Assembly (NCBI GenBank): GCA_046349395.1
Contig: JAXMCK010000004.1
Span: 748,173 to 812,172, forward strand
Length of the DNA stretch: 64,000 nucleotides
Source of the DNA: Geminicoccaceae bacterium
GTDB taxonomy: Bacteria; Pseudomonadota; Alphaproteobacteria; Geminicoccales; Geminicoccaceae
Direction: 5' to 3'
In this document: positions 56,217-64,000 of the stretch, one piece after another
Layout of the letters: each line of letters begins with the position of its first letter
Numbering within the stretch: position 1 is the first letter of the stretch
Made by a program: the position numbers and the translations under genes
Notes under the pieces: model-generated
The model's database searches: none
Told to the model about the DNA's origin: nothing
Seen by the model: only the letters and a program-made list of their open reading frames with translations

Positions 56217-56732
56217 ATGGCCGACGATCTCGTCTATTCCGATTCCTACCTGCGCTCGATCCTGGAGAAGGTGAAGACCATCGCCATGGTCGGTGCCTCC
56301 ACCAGCGAGATGCGCCCCTCCTACTTCGCCATGCTCTACCTGCAGGGCAAAGGCTTCCGCGTCATCCCGGTGAACCCCAGGGCCGCCGGCGAGACCCTGC
56401 TCGGCGAAAAGGTCTACCCCGACCTCGCCAGCCTGCCGCTCGTCCCCGACATGGTCTCGATCTTCCGCCGCTCCTCGGAAGCCGGTGCCGTCGCCGACGA
56501 GGCCGTCCGCCTCGGCATCCCCGTCGTCTGGATGCAGCTCGGCGTCCGCGACGACGAGGCCGCCGATCGCGTGCGCGCCGCCGGTGCCGAGATCGTCATG
56601 AACCGCTGCCCCAAGATCGAATACGGCCGCCTCTTCGGCGAGATCGGCTGGCTGGGGGTGAACCGGGGCATGCTGTCGTCGAAGCGCGGCAGTGCGGTGC
56701 AGTTGAGCAAGAAGAAGGGTGGACTCGTCTAG
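56217..56732 (+). CDS. CoA-binding domain protein (YccU/YneT-like)
   Basis: IAMVGAS....RPSY.....L...GFRVIPVNP....GE.....Y..L......D.V.IFR pattern. Confidence 0.85.
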   Translation: MADDLVYSDSYLRSILEKVKTIAMVGASTSEMRPSYFAMLYLQGKGFRVIPVNPRAAGETLLGEKVYPDLASLPLVPDMVSIFRRSSEAGAVADEAVRLGIPVVWMQLGVRDDEAADRVRAAGAEIVMNRCPKIEYGRLFGEIGWLGVNRGMLSSKRGSAVQLSKKKGGLV

Positions 56733-56752
56733 GATCGCGTCGACCCTGACAG

Positions 56753-56902
56753 TCAATCGTCTTCACTCAATGCCGCAACGATATCGCGAGCGCCGTGTAA
56801 CACCCTGACAATATCTAGGACGCGGCCATCGTAGCGAACGAAGATAAGACAGTTGAACATCTCGAAAAACCGCTGGCTGGTTGAGAGTTTGCGTGATTCG
56901 CT
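56753..56902 (-). pseudogene. 3' fragment of a ParE/RelE-type toxin gene, separated from its 5' part by an IS
   Basis: The reverse translation ends ...RFFEMFNCLIFVRYDGRVLDIVRVLHGARDIVAALSEDD-stop, which matches the ParE C-terminal pattern (ifYr...d.v.I.rvlHg.rD). Lower GC than the flanks. Confidence 0.45.
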
Positions 56903-58109
56903 GCTCTGGTGAGTGGGAGCGGTGGAATGTCGGGTCAGGCGGGCTTCTTCGATCTGGATGAGCGGTATCGCGCGTTGTCGGCGGCCGGTGACGCCTTGGA
57001 GCGGCTGGCGGGTGCCGTTGATTTCGAGCTGTTCCGGCCGGAGCTTGAGCCGGCCCTGCAGCGCTCGGATCGGGCCAGGGGCGGCAGGCCGCCCTACGAC
57101 GCGTGCTGATGCTGAAGATCCTGGTCCTGCAGGCCCGCTCCGCTTTCTGACGATCGAGCCGGTACCAGATCAAGGATCGACTGTCGTTCATGCGCTTCGT
57201 CGGCCTGGCGCTGCACGACCCGGTGCCGGACATGAAGACGATCTGGCTGTTCCGCGAGCGAGTTGAGCCGGGCCGAAGCGATCGAAGGCCTGTTTCAACG
57301 AGTTCGATCGTGCGCGCGACCGCGGGCTGTTGGCGATGGGCGGCCCGATCCTCGACGCGACGGTGGTCCAGGCCCGACCGGCACGGCTGACGGCGGGAGA
57401 AAGCGGTGATCCGCGGCGGCGGAACGCCTTCCGGCTGGTCGCCGGCAAGGCGATCGCAGATCGATCGCGACGGCGGTGGACGCTGAAGCGCGGTCGCAGA
57501 CGGCCGCCTCCGAGCTTGGCGAGAACAGGCTGCAACAGGTCGAGATCGCGGTGCCGGTGTTCGGCTACAAGAACCACATCGGCATCGACCGTGGGCATGG
57601 CCTGATCCGCACCTGGACGGTCACCCACGCCGCGGCGCATCGACGGTGGGCAACTGGAAAACCTGCTCGACGCCGGCAACACGGCAAGTGGGGTCTGGGC
57701 CGATACGGCCTACCGTTCGAGGGCGCCAATCTGACCGCCCTGGCGCGGGCGGGGCATGACTGCCGGAATCAGCGGCCCAAGCCCAGGAACTGGGCGATGC
57801 CGGCCCATGTCCGGCGCGGCAATGCCACGCGCGGCAAGATCCGGGCACGGTCGAGCACGTCTTCGCCCTGTCGAAGCGGCGCTTGCGCCTGGTCGTCCGC
57901 ACGATCGGGCTCGCCCGCGCCAGAACCAAGCTCCGGGCGCGGCTTGAACCTCGCCTGCAATCCTCCGCTTCACCCTGGCTCCGGTCGAGCTGTCGACCGC
58001 CTCCTTGGCAAATGACTTAAGGGTCGCTCCTTCCACCCTCGACACAGGCCATCTACCAAGAACCAGACCCTTCAGACACCCTCCAGCCGTCATGCCCCTC
58101 ACTCAGAGC
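56903..58109 (+). mobile_element. Decayed IS5-family insertion sequence (transposase with multiple frameshifts)
   Basis: Transposase pieces occur in three frames: MSGQAGFFDLDERYRALSAAGDALERLAGAVDFELFRPELE...GGRPPYD, then ...DRLSFMRFVGLALHDPVPD.KTIWLFRE..., ...VEIAVPVFGYKNHIGIDRGHGLIRTWTVT.AA.H and ...GVWADTAY. Imperfect terminal inverted repeats GCTCTGGTGAGTGGG (56903-56917) and CCCCTCACTCAGAGC (58095-58109). The boundaries are approximate. Confidence 0.65.
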
Positions 58110-58379
58110 GGCAAAAGCGAAGTTCTTCGAGGTGTCCAGTTGGCGAAGCCAGGGAAACGGCACCTTGCTGGCTTGTAACATCTTTGGCCGCAGTCTCAAG
58201 GGGTCGACCTGCCTCTGGATAGTCGCGGAGTATGGCAAGCGCCTCGCGTGTCACGAAGAACAGTGCGGGCAGCGGCTGGGTTGTGGTCGGCGACATAGCT
58301 GACGCTGACCGGATAGAACGTCCCGTCGTGCGGCGGGTCGTTGGCGAACCCGTTGGAGCCCTGCCCGGCCGACTTGAGG
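58110..58379 (-). pseudogene. 5' part of the ParE-type toxin gene (frameshifted)
   Basis: Pieces in different frames: ...SYVADHNPAAA..., ...REALAILRDYPEAGRPLE..., ...KVPFPWLRQLDTSKNFAFA. The last frame reads straight into the 56902 fragment if 56903-58109 is removed. Confidence 0.35.
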
Positions 58380-58632
58380 CTTGCGCAATGATGGCTTCGG
58401 CCTCGCGCTCCATCTGGCTCGGCGTCTCTTCGGTGACGTCTTCGGCCTCACCCGAGGCCAAGCCTTCCAGGAGCAGCCGTTCGAGCCGCTCGCGACCGCG
58501 CCGGCGCATGTCCGCACGGATGAGGTCGCCCACGAAGTCGCTGGCCGTTCCGTAGTGGCCGGCGTCGACCCGCTCTTGGACATAGTCCTTGAGGGTGTCG
58601 GGCAGAGATACGTTGAATGAGGTACCGGCCAT
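58380..58632 (-). CDS. parD: ParD-type RHH antitoxin (native stop apparently lost; ORF runs on to 58099)
   Basis: FNVSLPDTLKDYVQERVDAGHYGTASDFVGDLIRADMRR...LERLLLEGLASGE is the ParD (ParD1/3/4-type) pattern. The 3' end is approximate. Confidence 0.6.
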
Positions 58633-58836
58633 GGCTTCGCCTGAAGTGCATCGACCTCATGTCAAGGTCGGAAGTTCCGGCGCTGCTGTCAACGAACCAG
58701 CCTTCCGCCAGCGTCCGTAGCGGGGGAACCACCGCACGCACCGCCCGTTGCTGCCTGGGGGAGTGATGCCTGCCGCCTAGCTGGGCGGCGGACTGCGGCG
58801 CTCCATATCGTCTGCTGGTGGTGGTGGAGCCTGCGC

Positions 58837-59997
58837 ATGGACCGGCGTCTCTTCGGGTCGTTACCGCTTTTGGGTCTGCTGGTCCTCGCCGCCTGCGATG
58901 GTGAGCCCGACGGGTCCGCGAATGGGGCCACACCGCCACCGCCCCCGGCGGTCACGGTGGCCCAGCCGCTGCAGCAGAAGCTGATCGAGCAGGACGAGTT
59001 CACCGGCCGCTTCGAGGCGGTCGAGCGGGTCGAGGTGCGGGCGCGCGTCGCCGGCTACATGCAGGAGGTGCACTTCACCGACGGCCAGATCGTCGAGAAG
59101 GGCCAGCTCCTCTTCGTCATCGACCCCCGCCCCTTCGAGCTGGCGCTGGACCGTGCCAAGGCCCAGCTGGAGGAGGCCGAGAGCCGCCTGACCCTGGCCC
59201 AGCTCGAAGCCGACCGGACGACGAAGCTCGTCAGCACCTCGGCGGTGGCGCGCGCCGCGCTCGACCAGCGCGTCGCCGAGCGGCAGTCCTCGGAAGCCTC
59301 GCTCAGTGCCGCCCAGGCCGCCGTGCGCGACGCCGAGCTGAACCTCGGCTTCACGCGGGTCACCTCGCCGCTCACCGGCCGCGCCTCGAACCGCCGTGTG
59401 GACGTCGGCAACCTCGTCAACGACACCACACTGCTGACGACCGTCGTCCAGCTGGAACCGCTCTACCTCGTCTTCGACATGAGCGAGAGCGACTACCTCG
59501 CCTACCAGCGTGCCGTGCTGGCCGGCACCCTGCCCTCGACCCGCGACGCGACGCCCGTCCAGGTCCGCCTCACCGACGAGACCGGCTGGCCGCACGAAGG
59601 GACGATGAACTTCGTCGACAATGTCGTCGACCAGGGCACCGGCACGCTCCGCGCCCGGGCCGTCGTCCCCAACCCCGACCACCTCATCACACCCGGCCAG
59701 TTCGCCCGCATCCGCATCCCGGGCTCGCCCGAATACGAGGCGCTGCTCATTCCCGACGCCGCCATCGTCACCGACCAGGCGCGCAAGATGGTGCTGACGG
59801 TGTCCCAGGACGGCACCGTCGTGCCGAAGGAGATCCGCCCCGGCCCCAGCCAGCCGGGCGGCCTGCGCATCGTGCGCTCCGGCCTCGATCCCGCCGACAG
59901 GATCATCATCTCGGGCATGATCAAGGCCCGGCCCGGCGGCAAGGTGACGCCCGAGGAAGGCAAGATCGAGCCGGTCCAGCAGGCCTCGGCCGGCTGA
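58837..59997 (+). CDS. RND efflux periplasmic adaptor (membrane fusion protein)
   Basis: Lipoprotein-like N-terminus (LLVLAAC). RVAGYMQEVHFTDGQIVEKGQLLFVIDPRPF, coiled-coil, and LGFTRVTSPLTGRAS. Confidence 0.9.
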   Translation: MDRRLFGSLPLLGLLVLAACDGEPDGSANGATPPPPPAVTVAQPLQQKLIEQDEFTGRFEAVERVEVRARVAGYMQEVHFTDGQIVEKGQLLFVIDPRPFELALDRAKAQLEEAESRLTLAQLEADRTTKLVSTSAVARAALDQRVAERQSSEASLSAAQAAVRDAELNLGFTRVTSPLTGRASNRRVDVGNLVNDTTLLTTVVQLEPLYLVFDMSESDYLAYQRAVLAGTLPSTRDATPVQVRLTDETGWPHEGTMNFVDNVVDQGTGTLRARAVVPNPDHLITPGQFARIRIPGSPEYEALLIPDAAIVTDQARKMVLTVSQDGTVVPKEIRPGPSQPGGLRIVRSGLDPADRIIISGMIKARPGGKVTPEEGKIEPVQQASAG

Positions 59998-60004
59998 GCC
60001 GCCG

Positions 60005-63000
60005 ATGCGCTTCTCCCACTTCTTCGTCGACCGGCCGATCTTCGCGACGGTCCTGTCGGTGGTCATCGTGCTGGTCGGCGGCATCGCCTTCTTTGGCCTG
60101 CCCGTCGCCCAGTATCCCGAGGTCGTCCCGCCGACGATCCAGGTCCGTGCGACCTATCCGGGTGCCAGTGCCCCCGTCGTCGCCGACACGGTCGCCGCTC
60201 CGTTGGAGCAGGAGATCAACGGCGTCGAGAACATGCTCTACATGTCCTCGCAGGCGACGGGCGACGGCAACCTCACCATCACGATCACCTTCGCGCTGGG
60301 CACCAATCTCGATACCGCCCAGGTGCTGGTGCAGAACCGTGTCGCCGCCGCCGAGTCGCGCCTGCCGGAGGACGTCCGCCGCCTCGGCGTGACGACGCGC
60401 AAGAACTCGCCCGACATGCTGCTGGTCATCCACCTCGTCTCGCCGGAGGGGAAACAGGACCAGCTCTACATCTCGAACTACGCCACGCTGCAGATCCGCG
60501 ACGTGCTGGCCCGTCTCGACGGTGTCGGCGACGTCCAGGTCTTCAGTGCCCGCGACTACGCCATGCGCATCTGGCTCGACCCCGAGCGCATGGCCCAGCT
60601 CGACCTCACCGCCGGCGACGTGCTGGGTGCCCTGCGCGCCCAGAACGTCCAGGTGGCGTCCGGCGCCCTGAACCAGGAGCCCGTCCCCAACCCCGGCGCC
60701 TTCCAGCTCAACGTCGAGACGCTGGGCCGCCTGACCGACCCCCGCCAGTTCTCCGACATCATCGTCAAGACCGACGCCGACGGTAAGCTCACCCGTGTGC
60801 GCGACATCGCAAGGGTCGAGATCGGGGCGCGGGACTACCTCACCAACGGCTATCTCGACGGCAAGGGTGCTTTACCCCTCCTGATCTTCCAGCGCCCGGG
60901 CTCCAACGCGCTCAGCACCGCGGACGAGGTGCTGAAGACGATGGAGACGCTGAGCCACGACTTCCCGGACGGGCTCGAATACCGGGTCGTCTACAACCCG
61001 ACCGAGTTCATCGCCGAGTCGATCGACGAGGTGTACAAGACGATCTTCGAGGCGATCGGCCTCGTCGTCATCGTCGTCATCCTCTTCCTGCAGACCTGGC
61101 GGGCCGCCGTCATCCCGGTGATCGCCATCCCGGTCTCGCTGATCGGCACCTTCGCCGTGATGCAGCTCCTGGGCTTCTCGCTGAACAATCTCTCGCTGTT
61201 CGGACTGGTGCTCGCCATCGGCATCGTGGTGGACGACGCCATCGTCGTCGTCGAGAACGTCGAGCGGAACCTGCGCGAAGGCATGTCGCCGGCCGAAGCC
61301 GCCCACCGCACCATGGACGAGGTCGGCGGGGCGCTCGTCGCCATCGCCCTCGTCCTCATCGCCGTCTTCGTGCCCACCGCCTTCATCACCGGCATCTCGG
61401 GGGCGTTCTACCGCCAGTTCGCGCTCACCATCGCCTCGGCGACCGCCATCTCGCTCCTCGTCTCGCTGACCCTGTCGCCGGCGCTCTGCGCCCTTCTCCT
61501 CAAGCGCCACGAGGAGAACCACGGCGGCGGCAGCCCCCTGATGCGCCCGATCAACGCCTTCTTCCGCGGCTTCAACCACTGGTTCGAGCGCCTTTCGCAC
61601 GGCTACGGCAGCCTCACCGGCCGCCTCATCCGCCTCAGTGCCGTGGTGCTCGTCGTCTATGTCGGCCTCGTCGGCCTCGCCGGCTGGCAGTTCCACCGCG
61701 CCCCCGTCGGCTTCATCCCCGAGCAGGACCAGGGCTACTTCATCACCGTCGTCCAGCTGCCGCCCGGCTCGTCCTTGGCCCGCACCGACGAGGTCGTCCG
61801 CCGCCTCAGCCAGGACTTCCTCAAGATCGACGGCGTCATCAACACCGTGGGCTTCGCCGGCTTCGACGGGGCCTCCTTCACCAACGCGCCCAACGCCGGT
61901 GCGATCTTCGTCCGCACGGCCCCCTTCGCCGAGCGGACGGAGAAGGGCCTCACCACGGACGGCCTCCTGGCCTCGCTGCGCCAGCGCGGTGCCCAGGAGC
62001 GCGATGCCGTCGTCCTCGTCATCATGCCGCCGCCGGTCCGCGGCATCGGCACCGGCGGCGGCTTCAAGATGATGGTCGAGGACCGCCGCGGCCGCGGGCT
62101 CGAAGCCCTTGCCGAGGCTTCCGACACGCTCGTCGGCCAGGCGCAGACCCTGCCGGGCCTGACCAGCGTCTTCACCCTCTTCAACACGCGCACGCCCAAG
62201 ATCTTCGCCGACATCGACCGTGCGAAGGCCGAGATGCTGGGGGTGCCGACCGAGCGCGTGTTCGAGACGCTGCAGGTCTTCCTGGGCTCGGCCTACGTCA
62301 ACGACTTCAACCTGTTCGGCCGCACCTGGCGCGTCACCGCCCAGGCCGACGGTCCCTACCGCCAGGAGATCCGCGACATCGAGCGCCTGCGCGCCCGCAA
62401 CGACGCCGGCCAGATGGTGCCCTTGGGCTCCATCGCCACCTTCGAGGACATCACCGGCCCCTACCGCGTGACGCGCTACAATCTCTACCCCGCCGCCGAG
62501 GTCCAGGGCTCCACCCTCCCCGGCACCTCGACCGGCACCGCCCTGAACGAGATGGAGGCCAAGGCCGCCGAGGTCCTGCCCTCCGGCTTCGCCTACGAAT
62601 GGACCGAGCTCGCCTATCAGGAGAAGCTGGCGGGTAACACGGCGCTGATCGTCTTTGCCGCCTCGGTCGTCTTCGTGTTCCTGGTGCTGGCCGCCCAGTA
62701 CGAGAGCTGGGTGCTGCCGCTCGCCGTCGTCCTCATCGTGCCGATGTGCCTCCTCGCCGGCATCTCCGGCGTCCTCTGGCGCGGCCTCGCCAACGACATC
62801 CTGGTCCAGATCGGCCTCGTCGTCCTGGTCGGCCTCGCCGCCAAGAACGCCATCCTCATCGTCGAGTTCGCCAAGCAGGACGAGGAACAGGGCCAGACCC
62901 GCGCCCAGGCCGCCATCGCCGCCGCCCGCACCCGCCTGCGCCCGATCCTGATGACGAGCTTCGCCTTCATCCTGGGCGTGCTGCCGCTGGTCATCGCCAC

Positions 63001-63160
63001 CGGCGCCGGCTCGGAGATGCGCCGTGCGCTCGGCACCGCGGTCTTCTCCGGCATGATCGGCGTCACCTTCTTCGGCCTCATCTTCACCCCGGTGTTCTAC
63101 GTCGTCTGCCGCAGCCTGGCGCGCCGGCGGCGGCCGGCCCCGGCGGAGGTGGCGGCGTGA
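60005..63160 (+). CDS. RND multidrug efflux permease (AcrB/MexB family)
   Basis: MRFSHFFVDRPIFA...QYPEV.PPT..V...YPGAS, 1051 aa with 12 TM segments and a conserved VVDDAIVVVENVER. Confidence 0.95.
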   Translation: MRFSHFFVDRPIFATVLSVVIVLVGGIAFFGLPVAQYPEVVPPTIQVRATYPGASAPVVADTVAAPLEQEINGVENMLYMSSQATGDGNLTITITFALGTNLDTAQVLVQNRVAAAESRLPEDVRRLGVTTRKNSPDMLLVIHLVSPEGKQDQLYISNYATLQIRDVLARLDGVGDVQVFSARDYAMRIWLDPERMAQLDLTAGDVLGALRAQNVQVASGALNQEPVPNPGAFQLNVETLGRLTDPRQFSDIIVKTDADGKLTRVRDIARVEIGARDYLTNGYLDGKGALPLLIFQRPGSNALSTADEVLKTMETLSHDFPDGLEYRVVYNPTEFIAESIDEVYKTIFEAIGLVVIVVILFLQTWRAAVIPVIAIPVSLIGTFAVMQLLGFSLNNLSLFGLVLAIGIVVDDAIVVVENVERNLREGMSPAEAAHRTMDEVGGALVAIALVLIAVFVPTAFITGISGAFYRQFALTIASATAISLLVSLTLSPALCALLLKRHEENHGGGSPLMRPINAFFRGFNHWFERLSHGYGSLTGRLIRLSAVVLVVYVGLVGLAGWQFHRAPVGFIPEQDQGYFITVVQLPPGSSLARTDEVVRRLSQDFLKIDGVINTVGFAGFDGASFTNAPNAGAIFVRTAPFAERTEKGLTTDGLLASLRQRGAQERDAVVLVIMPPPVRGIGTGGGFKMMVEDRRGRGLEALAEASDTLVGQAQTLPGLTSVFTLFNTRTPKIFADIDRAKAEMLGVPTERVFETLQVFLGSAYVNDFNLFGRTWRVTAQADGPYRQEIRDIERLRARNDAGQMVPLGSIATFEDITGPYRVTRYNLYPAAEVQGSTLPGTSTGTALNEMEAKAAEVLPSGFAYEWTELAYQEKLAGNTALIVFAASVVFVFLVLAAQYESWVLPLAVVLIVPMCLLAGISGVLWRGLANDILVQIGLVVLVGLAAKNAILIVEFAKQDEEQGQTRAQAAIAAARTRLRPILMTSFAFILGVLPLVIATGAGSEMRRALGTAVFSGMIGVTFFGLIFTPVFYVVCRSLARRRRPAPAEVAA

Positions 63161-64000
63161 GCTGATACTGAGCTGACTCCGAGCGGGAAACGCACCCGGG
63201 GGTTTCGTCGCCCACCTCAGCATCAACCACCGCCCAGTCCACCACCGGCGGCCTCTACGCCTCGGAGTTCGGCAAGGACGGCCAGTATCTCCGGGCCCGC
63301 GTCGAAGGCCGACTCAACTTCAACACAGCATCGCCGCCAGCTCCGGCCACGCCAACGCCTATTCGTAGGATGATCTCGTCGTCGCAATCGCGAAGAGTGA
63401 CCTCGTCCAACTCCTCGATACCTCTTCCTCGACTTTCACTGCTACTACATCTATTACCCGAGCCGTAGGCAGAACCTCCGGATGTTCAAAGTGGTGGCGG
63501 ATGCATTGCGGTGGACGGAGCCGGTGCCACCGGACTCGTATGCTGTTGAAGCATCACGTTGAGGCCCCGCCGTTCACACCTGTGATTGATATCTTCTATG
63601 CAAGAAGTTCAGGCCCGTGTATCTTGAGTGCATGTTGCGGCCAGGAATGCGCAACAGAGCACAGTATTCGTGCGTGCCAAGGCGGTCGGGCGCTGTGAGC
63701 GCCAACTTCTTGTAGTTCTGGATAGCCGACGATCATCGCCGGTGGGGCAGAAGTGGGGAGGCGCAACATGACGCGGACCTGCAATCGACAAACAGGTGGA
63801 TCCATCTGGCGTCGAACCAGCCGCTGCGCCTGCTCCACGTCCGCGCGAGCGTCGCTACTGGCAGCGACAGACGCTTTTCTGACGCAGGAGATTCAGGTGA
63901 AGTGCCGCCGGGCCTCATCCCGACAATGGGCGGGCCTGCCGAGCGAAGTCATCTACTAGCAGAAGGTCTTGAAGCAGCCGGGCGGCAGCGCCTCGAATGA

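Noticed and set aside
60872-63226. 784-aa minus-strand ORF
   Set aside because: It is antisense to the unambiguous AcrB-family RND permease. The translation is Asp/Glu/Gly/Arg-rich and low-complexity.
63501-63959. Short ORFs of 60-80 aa at the right end of the window
   Set aside because: They show no motifs, overlap one another on both strands, and have atypical composition. They cannot be supported as genes.

Overview
This is a visibly high-GC chromosomal segment that looks alphaproteobacterial, with dense coding on both strands. No rRNA, tRNA or CRISPR was found.

Gene content along the window:
- 1-14.3 kb: a lipid-envelope cluster that reads as a bacterial sphingolipid (ceramide) locus. 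It has spt, acp, an NAD-dependent reductase and a fatty-acyl-AMP ligase on the minus strand. On the plus strand it has a GNAT acyltransferase, a fatty-acid hydroxylase, a DAG-kinase-like lipid kinase, a Tam41-like protein, a nucleotidyltransferase and a phosphoesterase, with lptF-lptG embedded among them.
- 14.6-19.2 kb: a sugar ABC transporter.
- 19.2-21.3 kb: mlaA plus a secreted serine hydrolase.
- 21.8-22.4 kb: a low-GC hepT/mntA toxin-antitoxin insertion.
- 22.5-29.6 kb: housekeeping genes (an SDR, glpK, a DUF937 protein, polA).
- 29.6-39.7 kb: an accessory patch containing higBA, an orphan MNT nucleotidyltransferase, decayed higBA and MNT copies, a DUF642-like secreted protein, two class III nucleotidyl cyclases and an orphan endolysin-like muramidase.
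- 40.5-50.2 kb: a CDP-6-deoxyhexose polysaccharide cluster.
- 50.4-56.7 kb: an HDAC-like amidohydrolase, a FAD oxidase, a NitT/TauT-type ABC transporter, a GNAT and a CoA-binding protein.
- 56.75-58.6 kb: a parDE module split by a decayed IS5-family element.
- 58.8-63.2 kb: an RND efflux pair.

The most unusual item lies in the accessory patch at 35.0-38.1 kb. It is a tandem triplication of a translationally coupled two-gene cassette. The six products are paralogous small secreted four-cysteine proteins that all end in E/D-M-R. Two of the three cassettes are preceded by an identical CRP-type TGTGA-N6-TCAC box.

Many long ORFs in the supplied track are antisense or out-of-frame shadows typical of high-GC DNA and were not called.
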